64,000 nucleotides of DNA, taken from assembly GCA_013239625.1 (NCBI GenBank), contig MU054212.1, positions 5,304,270-5,368,269 of the forward strand. Reading direction: 5' to 3'. The notes beneath the pieces are model-generated. The model saw nothing but the letters and a program-made list of their open reading frames with translations, had not been told where the DNA came from and ran no database searches. The DNA comes from Lama guanicoe (taxonomy: Eukaryota). Positions 49,869 through 63,278 of this stretch are shown in pieces (positions within the stretch are counted from its first letter, which is position 1; each line of letters begins with the position of its first letter). Both the position numbers and the translations under genes were made by a program.

Positions 49869-51704
49869 CAACTTTCCTTCCTGCTGTATCCTTCAAGTCA
49901 GATTGAGCAACTTTTTAATATCTGGTTTTAGCCAACTGAGACACAGTTGTGGTGAGACATTTTCTTTGTAAGTTAGAAGGATCAACTACATTGGAAGGGG
50001 ATAAAGATGAACAGTATGACGCTTTGCAAAATCATATTTTTTTAGAAGCACAGTGTTTTAACTCCAGTTCTCAGTCACATTATCCATTTTCAAAGCCCAG
50101 TTGCAAGATAAATTTTATTTTACTAATGTCCTACATATCATGTCTTTCTGTTCGTTTACTTACATTACTCATGCTCCATTTAATAATTTCTCTTTGCTCT
50201 GAAACTTACAATGTGTCACTTCTAGAAGATTCATAATTATTTTAGTTTTCATAAAAGGCTAGAAAAGGGTTTGAAAAGTTAGAGATGATGATATGATTAG
50301 TATTTGAGAACATATATTTAGTGTAAAATATCCAGTTGTGTTAAAGTGCATTCATCACTTAAGTGCATGGATAGCACTGTTAGTTTTGCATTAACAAAGC
50401 CCAGAGAACTTGGGGATTGCAGAGTAGAGGAAGGTGGGTTTTCATTCAAGAACAAACCTGAAAAGAAAACACTCATCAACCTGATGAAACAATCACTGCC
50501 ATTTCTACATTTAGGTGGATTATTGAAGCATGGTACATGGCAAAAGTGAGATTAAAAAGCACAAAATATGCTGAGCTTTAAAAAAAATTTTTTGAGCAGG
50601 TAGCAGGATCAAGTTTAGCACATCTCTCCCTACAGTTCATACGTGAGGAAAGTAAGACCCAGGCATATTGAGTTTCTATGTTTAAAATTCGGTTGATTTA
50701 AGAGATGAGTACGACTAGAACATGTATGTTAATATATGTGTTGCTTTTATCATTATGCTTTCCCATAACTTCACATTCTCACTTCGTGGAGAAAAAAGTT
50801 TCATCCACTTTTGTCCAAGAAGGTAGAGTATTGGTATCTTTCTGAATGTTTCTGATTTAAATAAATCAAACATATTAATTGATAAATTCCCATATTTAAT
50901 GTTTATTGCATTATTGTAGCGTTGAGTAATGTATTTCTCAAATACTGGTAGAAGAAAGTAATGATCAGTATAATGGTTCTTACACTCACCCTTGAGGTCA
51001 TTCACATGTGGTTTGCCAAAGAATGGCCTGAAGTGTGACCAGCATTCTAGAGTTCTCTGGGGAGCAGAATCCTGCCCGATCCCGCCCAGAGAAGGTCCAG
51101 ACAAGCACTCACAGCTTTTCCTGGCCACAGTTGCTGATGACATCTCACTGAAATTCCAATTATGGCTTCTTGGCCAAGTGCAGAAGGCATTCCCTATACA
51201 TTCCTAGTTTGTTGCTTTTATCTACACATGAATATCCAAGTTCTGTAGATGAATTTTGTAATTAGTTTTATTTTGTGCCCAATTATCATTTAAACTGGAA
51301 TTTCTTATATATCTCCAGTCTTTCTTGTCAAACAGCTCTTCTGTCTGGTTCTTGAACTAATATTACTTCCTACTGCTTACTCCACACATAATTATTCAAA
51401 ACTGGCAATTGCTAAATGAATAAATGAATGAATAAATTCTTAGCTTTTGCTATCTCTGAGATATAATTTAAAATAAGGTTCTAATGGCAGAAATGTGTAA
51501 ACATTATTTGGTAAGAAAGAGAACGGGAATGCCTGGAAAATACTCATATCTGTGTTGATTTCAGTGAAATCTAAGTAGTATGAGCATCACACACTTCGAG
51601 GGGAAAACATTTACTCTCTTCTTCTCTAAGTTCAAACCCGGCATAATAAACGATCATTCTTTCATATCCAATGGAAGCCTGGAAAATAGTCATAAACTCA
51701 GGTG

Positions 51705-52250
51705 CATAGCTAATAATAACGCCTTGCATTTTTATATTGCTTTATAATTTTAAAAGTTCTCTCTAAAAGTTATCTCATTTGACCTTCAGAACTGCCTTTT
51801 GCTCTATACAAGTATAGGTGTATCATGTTTCATTTGCTATTTCAAAATTCAGAAATCTCTGAAGACTAAAGTTTTTTAAAACATTTTTTTCAAAGTTTGC
51901 TGCCAAAACTCATTTAAAGGCAAAACTAATCTGAACTTTTGTCAGAATGTTTATAGACCTTACTTTCCCCACTTAGCTAAATACTTGTGAATCACTGCAA
52001 ATACATGAGTATCTCTCTTTGTGGGATGCTATCCAGACTCCATTTAGTATTAAATAATATGTGATACAATGCCCTATGTGATTTTTCTAAATTTGAATTT
52101 AAACACAGCTAGATCCACAGGTTTCGCATTAATGTGTTGTGGGCCATTGTTTACATGGTCAATTTAATGATTAAAAAACTAGTTCCTCATGGTTAAAGCA
52201 GCTCACCCAAGGTCATGCTTCCAGGTAACTATCGTTTCAGGTCCAGTTCT
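51705..52250 (-). mobile_element. MIR interrupted by MER46C
   Basis: 'gctaataataac...tatattgctttataatttt...ttatctcatttgaccttcagaac' resumes after 52150 as 'ggttaaagcagctcacccaaggtcatg'. Confidence 0.6.
51815..52150 (-). mobile_element. MER46C (TcMar-Tigger) MITE
   Basis: 'aagtttgctgccaaaactcatttaaaggcaaaactaatctgaac...cccacttag...gggatgctatccagactcc' matches the MER46C interior. Confidence 0.75.
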
Positions 52251-53417
52251 TTGATGGCCCTCTTCAAAAACGTACGTGCTAGATAGGGATTTTTTAATCA
52301 GCGCGATAAACACTTCGAGATTTTAGATCACGGTAGCTCTGTTTCAGATATACTACTAGTCCAGAAGGAGTACAGAACACAGTATAATTTTTATTCTTGC
52401 GTAAACTGGCCTATGGTTAAACTATTCACAAGTCCTCTAAGAAAAGAAATATAGATGTTTCTCCATCTATTACTTACTAAAGTGACAGTCTTTCCAAACT
52501 TTAAGTGGATATTTACCCAGAGTGAAAGCCAATTCTATAATTAATGTGGTGAACCAGCAAATAAATATCTTGGCTAATAGCGGACACTCACTGATGTTTT
52601 CAACTGACAAGGAACATTTCTTTACAGATCAGGCTATCCTGTTTCTTCTACCCTCCACAAACTTACAATTCTCTTTAGAGATATGAAGGTTTATATACCA
52701 AAATAAATTAAAGAACTTTTTAAGTGGTTGTTCTGAAGTAATACACCACTTTCTAATGCATCCTTTAAGGATACAGTTATGGATAACATAAATGTATGGG
52801 TAATGGATCTCTTAAGGATACATTTATGGGTAACAGACTATTGGTTGTAAAAGGCAGTGTTGTGGATATGAGCATAGACTTTATCATTATATGCATCAAT
52901 ACTTCCCAGATAACTACTCTAAATGTTCACCATAAGATAAGCAGATTTTTTTTCTCACTTGATGAACAGAATTGAGGGCCTGTAGCATATACTGTAGGGA
53001 TAAAGATAGTCTTCCCTGCCATATTGCTTAAAATCATGTAGATTTTTAGGATCAAAAGACATCTCAGAAGCCATGTAGTTTAAACAGTCATCTCTTGCAT
53101 GTCCAGAAAGGAACATTTCAGTGTTGGGTTTACATTTTTGTCACCTGTATTTATTAGGAATTCAAAATAAACCTTCCTGTAGTTTCCATACATTTTAGCA
53201 TGTTCTCTCTGAAAAACAGAATAATTTCATGCTTTCCACTTAAGAGCCCTTTAGATGGTTAAGACTTCCATTTCCCGTAACTTTTACATCCCAACAATAA
53301 TCCAAATAGATATTTTGCTTGATTTTGCTAATTGCAGTTTTTTTATAGCAATGAAAATAACAAGTCTTTATTGAAGAGAAATGGTGAATAGCACACTTGC
53401 ATTAAAGAGAAATAGGA

Positions 53418-53668
53418 ATTATTATTATATTATTATTATTATTATGTGCCAGGAACTGTAACTAAAGTGTGTCTTGTTTAATTAAATATAACCCTCACAA
53501 TAATCCCATGAGATATTTACTGTTATTATTCCCATTGTATAAACAAGAAAACTGAAGCATAGAGAAGTTAATTTACTGCCTCATGGCCACACAGTAAGTG
53601 ACTAAGCTGGAATGTTAAGCGAGGCATTCTGGCTCATAGAACGTATGCTTATCCTCTAGGCCCTACTG
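53418..53668 (-). mobile_element. Near full-length MIR with (ATT)n tail
   Basis: 'tatgtgccagg...ctcacaataatcccatgagat...attcccattgtataaacaagaaaactgaagcatagagaagttaa...ggccacacag'. Confidence 0.9.
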
Positions 53669-54094
53669 TAGAATCCCCAAAGGACTAAGAGAGCAAAGCG
53701 TGCCCCCAAAGTACTAAGCAAGTTATCAGCCAACAACCTAAATATATGAGAGAAGGAGAAGGAACACATGAGAAACTACAGTCAGCACATATTGTCAGGT
53801 AATACAGTTGAGCTAATACAGTAGTAAGGTTAAGGATACACTTTCACCTGTTTTCAAACTTTTAAAACCTCCAACCATCAATTAATAATTGTTTGGAACA
53901 AGTTATTTTTCTGTAGGTGGGATCACATGACTTCAGAATTATATTAGAGAGAAGAGAAACCTAGAAATATATTAAACTGATCTTTAGTTACATCTTCAGT
54001 GACATCTTAGTAATATATATCATTCTTTTTTATAAAAATAAGGGAATAAAAGCAATTTTACTCTCTGTTATTGGCTCACATTACATACGACCCA

Positions 54095-54620
54095 ACCATT
54101 CATAATATAAACCATCATTGTGTCATTACTATATTCCAGGTACTATTGAGCATCAGAATATTATAACAGAAGACTCTGTCTCTATCTTTAAATCATTCAT
54201 AGGCTGGTGAAGGGACTGGAGAAGTAAATAAAAAATTCTAATCCACTGTAAGTGCTAGGGTAGATGAAATCACAGGTATTGTGAGAACAGAGATAATTTA
54301 GGTAACTCTAATAGAAAGGAGGGAATCATTGCATGGAGACTTAAAGAGTCTTTCAAGTTAACTATGGGGAGAAAAGGAGAAAATAAGCCTTTGAACAGAA
54401 GTAAAACACGTTATAAAGCTTAGAGATAAGAGAAAGCATCTAGCATTGGGAAAAATGCAAACAATTTGTTTTAGCCAGAGGTTAACATGCCTAGGCTGAC
54501 TGACGGCAAATGAGTCTGTCAAAGTGTGGAGGGACCAGATAATCCAAGATCTGGAAGGGTCAACTGAGCAGTTTGGCTTTTATTCTTCAAAAGATCATAA
54601 GGTATTTCAACGTTTTGCTT
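54095..54620 (-). mobile_element. L2 3' region
   Basis: 'tactatattccaggtactattg', 'taagtgctagggtagatgaaatcacagg...tgtgagaacag' and 'gagcagtttggcttttattct'. Confidence 0.65.
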
Positions 54621-54704
54621 TTTAAAATACTTTACTTGCCATAATTTAAAAACATAGAGAAATCTAAAACTTAAGGGTTTTTTTTTTCACTTTTTAAGGA
54701 CTTA

Positions 54705-54895
54705 CCTTTTTATTTTGAAAGACTTCCCATGAACTTTCACTCAGCTTTCTGTAAAGTTAACATCTTTCTATGTATGTGATTACTGAAACCAGAAAATTAA
54801 CACCATTGTTAAGTAATCTACAAAACTTAACTCAAATTCATCAGTTTCACATTGTGTCACTTCCATGGTCCAGGGTCCAGTCCACAATCATTTAT
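54705..54895 (-). mobile_element. Old L1 3' UTR fragment (L1MC4/5-like)
   Basis: 'ttcactcagctttc...aagttaacatctt...aaaccagaaaattaaca...aatctacaaaacttaactcaaattcatcagttt...ggtccaggg'. Confidence 0.55.
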
Positions 54896-55714
54896 TTCAC
54901 AGGCAGAAAATACAAAAAAAACCAACTTAAATATGTGCTTTTCTTCATTTTCTAACAACGTAGCAGGGAAACCCTTCTGCATAAGACAGTTATGCTAGTT
55001 AATACTTAAGAAAACTTATTTTTAAGTGCAAAGCAAACTCCCTTAATGCAATCAAAATTCTTGGAGACAAAAATAAAGAGAAAACTATAAATCAGAGTAG
55101 ACAATCTGTTGGCTGACAATAGTAATAAACTTGTGTTTGTGTGTGGTGTTTGGCTGTATTTAGGAATTACAATGAATGAAAGGAACACCACAATTGCTCA
55201 AGTGAGTGTTCCAGAGGCACATTTACTGTGGTAAACTAAAGATGGAACAACCAATTCTCCATGATCGCAAGTAATTAAAGTACTTAGTCATTGTCTCAGG
55301 CTCTGTTTTTTGGGAATCTAGGCAAAGATAAGGAACCAATACTATTAGAAAAAGAAAGACATAGCCACTGATCAAGGAGAAATTTTAAAAATAAGAAAAT
55401 ATATTTTGATAAATTTGAAGAATAATAGATGAAATGCAAATTTTTCTGATTAAGAAAAAATAGCATGCTTTTATATCAACCATTATCTATCTATATCTGT
55501 ATCTATATATTATATATTATAAATTAAAGAAACATAACTGGAGTTAAAGGAAACTACACACACACATATATACACAAGAACTGAGAAGTTCAAGTAGTTT
55601 TAGAGGTCACAAAAATCACAAAATACTCAAGAATCATACATATCACATTGCAATATTATGCCACTTATTTAGAGACCGGATAGGGAGAGAATGCTGAGTA
55701 ATGTTTCCAAACAA

Positions 55715-57420
55715 GGTGGATTAAAAGGGACCATATTTACCCTCTTGCCTTGGACAACCTAAATAAATTAATAAGTAAGTAAAACACAAAATATATAAAA
55801 CAATTATTTTAAGGGCACTAGACATCAGCCAATAATCAAAAGTGATTCCTGAGAAACAAAACGAAAAATGACAGCCCTATGTTTGTCCCAGCTTACTGAC
55901 TTGAATGTATTTCCTGGCCATGGGGCAGGCAGGGGAGCCCAGCAGAATACCTGAGTTGAACTGAGAGCTCAGGCTGGCCAAGAAGGCTAGAGCTGGCAGG
56001 ACTGAGTGCCAACAAGGAGAGTCCTGCTCAGAGAAATGGAAAGGGTCCTTCCCAAGTGTTCGGCCGAGCACTTATCAGTATACACACATGAAGAATACCT
56101 CAGAGACAATGGCAATCCAAAAAGATTAAAAGAAACAGCTCTGAGCTTACATATGGTGGAGAATAATAACTGATCTCACTAGCTAGACTGGAAGACCTCA
56201 TAAATCACTGGCTAGAGTACTTGAAGAATCTTGCCGCCATAGTAGGAGATAGCCATACAAGTAAATCTTCGCTTGGTCCTGCATATCAAATCATAAAAGC
56301 AAGACCTTAAAGGATAAAATTGTTCCCAGCACCTAGCTATATCCTACAATGAAACTCAAGAATATCTATAGAAATACAGAATATTCAGGACCAACAAGTT
56401 AAAACGAACAATGCCTGAAATTCAGTGACAAGACAGGAGACTATGTCCCATAATAAGGAGCAAGTCGATCAGCCAAAACCAACTCCTAACTGTCACAGAT
56501 GTTAAAATTAATCTCTTCAGACAGAATGAAATGATTCCACTTGGAAATGTGAATTACAAAAAGAAATGAGGATATTGGAAATGGCAACAACATGAGAAAT
56601 ATTTAATTATTGCTTATTATTTTAATCTTTTAAAAATGTAATTTACTGTTTAAACAAAAATAGTGTCAATTTTTATGAAGTGTATTACATACTACATATT
56701 TAATGTAAAATGAGTGATAATACCATAGAGACTGGGATGGGAGAAACAACGCAGTGCACTGTTGAAAAGTTCTCATACATGAGGTGCTATAATATCATTT
56801 AAAGGTATACTGTGATGACTTAAAGATATATACTCTAAACCCTAATCAAACATAAAAATAATAAAGCAAAGATTTATAACTGATAAGACAACAAAGGAGT
56901 TAAATAGAATCATAAAAAGCATTTAATCAAAAAGAAAGCAGCAGAAGAGGGAAATGGCAATATAGAACAGCTGGGGGAAATAGAAAAACATAGCAAGCAG
57001 AAAGATTTAAAATCAAACATCAATAATTACATTAAATATAAATTGCCTAATAATCCACTTCAACCACAGAGATTGTCCGATTGAGCAACAAAAGCAATAG
57101 TCTATTATGTGCTGCTTATGGGAAATGCACTTTAAATGTAAAGACAAGCATGGATTAAAAATCAAAGGATAGAATAGCTATATCATGCTAATATTAATCT
57201 AAAGAAAATAGGAATAGTTATATTAATATCAAACAAATCAGACTACAAAGCAAAGAGTACTGCCAAGAATTAAGAGAATCATTTCATAATGATAGAGGTC
57301 AATTCATTTAAAGGACATAACAATCCTCAAAGTTTATGAACCTAAAAACTAAGATACAAAATGTTCATAAAAACTTTACAGGGAAAGTATTTTCAAAACT
57401 TCTAATCTACAAAGAATTCA
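55715..57420 (+). mobile_element. Ancient L1 5' part (5' UTR, deleted ORF1 region, ORF2 endonuclease start; L1MC/L1MD-like)
   Basis: 5' UTR-like 'agccctatgtttgtcccagcttactg'; endonuclease remnants at 57020-57340 'tcaataattacattaaatataaattgcctaa' (SIITLNVNGLN), 'tatgtgctgcttatgggaaatgcactt' (CCLQETH) and 'ggaatagttatattaatatca' (GVAILIS). Confidence 0.8.
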
Positions 57421-57431
57421 TTAACAAACTA

Positions 57432-57615
57432 CAGTTGACCCTTGAACGACACGGGTTTAAACTCTGTGAGTTCACTTACACACAGACTTTTTTCAACGGT
57501 AAATACTACAGTTCTACCTGATCCATGGTTGGTTGAATCCACGGACATGGAATCATGGATACAGAGAGCCAACTACAAGTTATAGTTGGATTTTTCCATT
57601 TTTTTTCTGACTGTA
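57432..57615. mobile_element. Tigger2a-type MITE (partial)
   Basis: TA followed by TIR 'cagttgacccttgaacgacacgggtttaaactct', then 'atccatggttggttgaatccacgga...ggatacagagagccaact'. Confidence 0.85.
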
Positions 57616-60600
57616 GAGGAGATTTATCAAGATTTTCCTTTTTAATGTATTCTAACTTTTTAGGACTAGAAGTCTACTAATGTAAATTGTTAGAAGTCAT
57701 CTTTTCTTCTTTACATATCTAAATAATAAACTCCTATAACAATGTTATTTTATCCATGGTGAGAGATTAAGCTAAGTAATTCAGACTGTTACATGCTATG
57801 AAGCAAAAGAAAAAAGTATAATCATTTTTTCTGTCACTAGACTTTTTAATGTAAATAGGTAATATTGCATATCTCATGTACATTTATCCTAATATAACTC
57901 TAAGTTATGACAGTTAAACACAATTGTGATTTTTAAGACAGCACAGTTGAGATGATACATAATTTAAAAACTTTAACTTGAATTATGATTGTATGGAAAT
58001 ATAAGCATGATGGATTTTCAAAATACACTCATTTTAGTCCCTGTTTTTATTCATAAATGATTAACCAGCCATTAATGAAAAGAACATTTCTCTATTACTG
58101 TAAATATGATGATTATACCACTCTATTTTATTTTATTTTGGGATTTTATTATGGGATCTCCCCTTTGTTCTCTTAGGCATTAATATATACTGCCTAAATT
58201 ATTGCAAGTGGATTTTCTGTAATTGTGCAAAAGCTAATAAAAACATAAGTTTAAAAAGACAGAAGACTTAACAGCATCTACTGGCAACTCACGATTACAA
58301 GTGTATTGTCAACAGGGGAACAATATTTTAAAGCTATAAAAGCCAATAAAATTATAAAAATGTAAAATATAAATCTTTGGCTTCTACCAGAGAATATAAT
58401 TATTAATCATCTGTGCCCCTAGTGGCAGTTAAAGATGTTAATAAAATATTCTTGTCATCAAAAATCTTAGCAAAAAAATAAAAAAAGATGCATAGATTTC
58501 TACTTGCTGTTAAATTTAAAACAAAAGAAATAATGACCCACACAAAGATAAAACTAGCATAAGCATTCCATCACGAAAGTACCACTCATCTCTATTTGTC
58601 ACCACCAGATTCTTTGGACCAGTGTCTGTCTCTATGCTCTGAAAAGGTTTCCTTTAATTAGATGTAAGGGTAACAGAAGCATAATCTTTGTGAAATTTAG
58701 ATATAAACTTGATTTAAGCATCCATATGTTGAGCTTGACTAAATAAACTAAAAATTTAAGTTGAACGTGCAATTTATTAAAAAATAAATAAATAAAAAGA
58801 GGTTGGCAGTCACAGGTCACTTCCATCTCTTTTTTAATGGGGAAAAAGTTGGAGTTTCCACATATAATTTCTGTATTCAAGTTCTAAAGTTTGCTTTCAT
58901 TACAATGTGTTCTTCTAAATGTTAGTTCTTATCTGCAAAGACAGTCACGGTCTCTGACTTTGAATTCTATGTTAAATTAGGCAGCACTTGTGGAATCTGG
59001 TTGCTATGAAAAGTTCTAAACACCCCTTAGTTTATTGGAAGAAAATTACATTCATCAGTGAGTGAGTCATAAAGATATGTATATCCACGTCAGCTGTGTT
59101 ATCATGAAGGCTAGGGCTGAAAGTTAAACACAAAGACCAAATCCCTCTAGGAAGTCTTTAGTCAAAATCTCCAGAATTGATTATACCTGCAAAGTGAATT
59201 TTCATAAGCAATTTTAATAAGTTTTAAGAAAATTTTCATGAAGTTCATGTAAAAGCTTATGCAAGGAATAGGTTAATATTGTTAAGTTTCCTTTTTTTTT
59301 TTAATCATGTTCTTTTCTTTTGCTTTAGAGAGTATACATCCTACTCAGATTTTTTAAATCAGTTGCAGCTTGTAATATTTCTCCCACCTAAGGCTAAATT
59401 GAGGAATTGTTTGAAATTATGTCAACCTACAATATTGAAAAAAGATAATGAAAATAAAAGTTTAAACCCATCAGAAATGTTTTGAGCTATATAATGATGT
59501 TCAGAGAATGAAAATTTAAATACCCTTCCATCTAAGTTACTAAACAGCTTTGAAGCAACAGGTGTGTTACAAATGTTTTAACTAACTACAGTTAATCTTC
59601 CTTAAAAAGGAGTATGAGAAAAACTAAGACTCAAAAACTTATTTCAAAACATAATGAAATGTAATGAGAATGTCCCTTGTCTGCGCAACACTTCATTAAT
59701 TTAATGCTCTCTTTAGATTCCGAACTTCTTGCTATACGTCACATGGAACACTGTGCTATATAATATGATCCAGAAATGGCAGGAATTCTAACAAATGTAC
59801 TCAGAAACTTTTGTTACATTCTCTGAAGGCCCTGTCTATATGTGAGAATTATTTATCAAAAAATGGTTTATAAAGTGCAAATTACTAGAATGAACTTTAC
59901 ACAGTTAACTCTTCATATGACTAGCCGTCACCTCTGCCCTCACTCCCCCTAGACTGCTTCCAAGAGAGATTCCTTCTATATGTCTTTTCTTTACATTATC
60001 TACTTTACCAAGGCTGCAAGGAAGGTATTTGGACCAAGATGTGCTGTCTTTACAGAATTGTATTTTTAATTTATTCAGTTCTCCCTCTCTCTACCTCCTT
60101 TTCAACACAGGACTGCTAGATGAAACTTTCTTCTTAATCTGTCCTTGCTTTCCTCTACCCAAAACTACTGCTACTGGTCATGTCTTATCCATTTCATTTT
60201 CCTTGGGAGAAGTTCTTTTTCCTGGTTCCAACTTTTATGCTTGCCTCTTTGACCAGATGGCTAATTGAACGGATAGGAAGGCAAGAAGATGGTTGGGGAA
60301 CTGGTGCTCTCCAATCTGTCCTCTTGTAATACCAAATTTCCATTTCTCCAAGTTCCTTTAACTGGAATGGATGCTCATTATAAATTTTCTCATAAGAAAT
60401 GGGTAAAATATTCAGAGTTCTAAGTTTCGTTTTCCACAGCATCATTTCTCCTTGGCAATTATTATCTTCCTGTTTCTATATGTTTCCTCTTATTTTCGGA
60501 TACCCAGTGGGGGACATATGGGATTAGGCTACCTTTTAACCTCAATCATCTTTCTAAAACTTTCTTATAAAATTTTTATCTAGGTCAAATCAATCAAGAC

Positions 60601-61290
60601 AAAGATGTGTAGGTTATTCATTTATTTAATACTTTAATGCCTTGATTGGATAGTAATATTTTGAAGAAAAAAAGAGAAATAGATATCTTTCAGTTACCAA
60701 TTATCAAATCTGTACACTTTACCAGCAGTACCACAGATTAAAACATTTCTTGATTTGTCTAGGCATTTACGCCCATTAATAATACAATAATACAGTGTTT
60801 GAGTGTCCTTGGAATACAAATCGACAAATTGGGAACTATCCTTTTCATTAGCTGATTTTTAACCAATCACCAATTAATGGTCTTAACTTTCCATTTCAAA
60901 GAAAACAGAAGATCTAATTTTTTTTTTTTTTTGCTATAAGAGCATCTTCCCCTCATTCTGAGTATGATTCTTTTAACACTCAGAAGCTTATGGCATTGTG
61001 ATGATGGATTTCATTCTCTCATTGAAAAGTCTTATAGTTTTCTTTCTGTATATCTTATTGCCTAGAAGTTTCTTAGGATTTGACCGTATAGCAATGTATC
61101 CATGCTAAACAACTATGTTATATGAAAATAGTACCTGAGAATTACTTATCCCAGAACACTAAAAGCTTACTTTACCACCTTTTTTACAAAAACAGATAAA
61201 ACACAAAGGTTTAGTTAAGTCACTAGACTGTCATGACCTGTTTTAAAATGTGAATGATCTGGAATCTATGATTTACATCTATAATGCAGC

Positions 61291-61386
61291 TTTTTCTTTT
61301 TCTTTTCATTTAGAGGTACTGGGGATTGAACCTAGGACCTCATGCATGCCAGGCACATGGTCTACCACTGAACTATACCCTCCCTC
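61291..61386 (-). mobile_element. tRNA-derived SINE, camelid Vic-1 type
   Basis: Reverse complement 'gagggagggtatagttcagtggtagaccatgtgcctggcatgcatgaggtcctaggttcaatccccagtacctc' plus an A-rich tail; homologous to 13927-14062. Confidence 0.9.
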
Positions 61387-62749
61387 AAATCTGTGATTTA
61401 ATTCTTCACTAAAGGGAAATAAAACTGACCTTTAGCCACATGACAGGGAGGGCTCAGGAAAAGTTAAGTTGACTTGCTTGAAAGCGTTAGCAGAATCGTG
61501 AGGACCTAAGAAATGTAACTTAATTATGCATGAGTAAGGAAGAGCCAGAATTCACAGGAAAAGAATCACAGGTCAAGGGACCAGTAAGTTAGCTCTGGCT
61601 GGGAGTTTCGGGATCTTGGGAATGATAGCTTTACATAGTTGTGTTCTTTCCTTGGAATTTTTCTTTAGAGTTTTTATAAATTTGAAAAATGGTATTCAAC
61701 TGCTAAAGTACTATCCACATTTAGAGACAAAGGATCCAAATATAACTGTTGTTAGGGAACTATCTTCTTAATCTTAGCAGTAAAATCTCCTGATGGAAGA
61801 TTTCAGCGTGGGAATGAGGGGGGTTGGGGTGGGTATTTTGCTAGGCAAATAGCTTTTTAATATTTAATCATACTGATTTGGGGTCAAAATATTCTACATA
61901 TAAATATACATGATAAGTGGTTACACTTCCAGAATTTTTATTTGTGCCTGATATTTATAAAAAAAAATGGACAAAATAGAATTTGTGGTTTTCAAAAAAT
62001 AGCTTCATTCCATCAACACATCTTGAAAATATGCTTTGGTAATCTCTCTCCCCAATACACCTGGCATCTCCAGGGCAGGTGTTCTAATTTGCCTGGTGTA
62101 TCTAAGCGTGTGCCCTAATGCTCAAGAGAATACGTTCTGTAGAATGTGCGAAGTCCTCCTTTTCTGTATTAGAAAAGTAATGTTTAGCATCCTCCAAATT
62201 TAGAAATGAAATTGATATTTTCCACAATATTTTCAAGTTTCATGGAGAAAAATTGTTTTAAGAAACAATTAACATTGCATCTCCAAATAACAACTTACCA
62301 TTTTGTATCTCTGCCAGGTAAAATCAAGTTTCTGGATTGCTGTTCTAATAAAAAGGAAAACCTGTAAAGAACGATACGTTTGGTAATTCTAAATCAAATA
62401 TATTTTGTCACCAAGGAGATGTCATGCTTGCAACTTGTTTTTTATAGCAGATGTCCATTTAGGCCCATTTCCAAGTTTAAATAAATCTTAGACACAGCAA
62501 TTGATAGCAATTAATCTGATGCCATGTACAAAGGTTAGCCCACACACAGTAAAAGTATAAGAAACCCAACAAATAAAACTGAAGCGTAAATACTTAAAAG
62601 GACATGAATAAGAAGAACTGTGGAACTAAAGGAAGTAAATCCTGCAATATTATCCTAAATCCTAAGTCAGCAAAGCATAAAATCCAACTCTTGGAAGGAT
62701 TTTGAAAACGTACATAACACAACATTCCTCAAGCCCCATTCAGACTTAT

Positions 62750-62835
62750 TTTTGTTCTATGGTTTATACTGCACCAATCACATAATTTCACTTAGTCTTC
62801 ACAGCAACCCATGGAAGTAGATATTATAATTAGCT
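62750..62835 (-). mobile_element. MIR fragment
   Basis: 'tttcacttagtcttcacagcaacccatggaagtagatattat'. Confidence 0.55.
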
Positions 62836-63278
62836 AGCAAGGCGCATGTACATATACATATCAAGTTTATGTTAAGGTATTTCTTATTGGAATAATTGGT
62901 GCATGGCAAGGTGCCCCATAACTGCAATCTCCAGTTTCCTCTTCTGCAGTCCCTCCATTGTATAATACAGGTAACAACTTATCCTGACTTTCTTCAGCTC
63001 CAACAACCAAGCTTCGATTATCAAGGATTATTACACACCAGCTGTTACAGTAAATATGTACAGATAGGCATGGAGGAAGGGATAACTCAGCCTGAAGGTT
63101 ATATGTGGAAGCTTGACTGCTGAAATAACATCAGAGCTCACCAAAGAATAAGTAAAATATGATCAAGTGGAGAAGGAGTCTGATGAAATTTGGGACTGAC
63201 AGTTCAGAACCAAAATCAGAAACTTCTGGTATTAACCCTTCTTCACTACTCTGCTACTATTAATTTGGGCTACACTTA

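Noticed and set aside
58411..58428. CTCF-like site 'tgtgcccctagtggc'
   Set aside because: It is one C short of the core spacing (GCCMYCTRSTGG). The similar site at about 6948-6962 mismatches the other end of the motif. Both are too weak without ChIP data.
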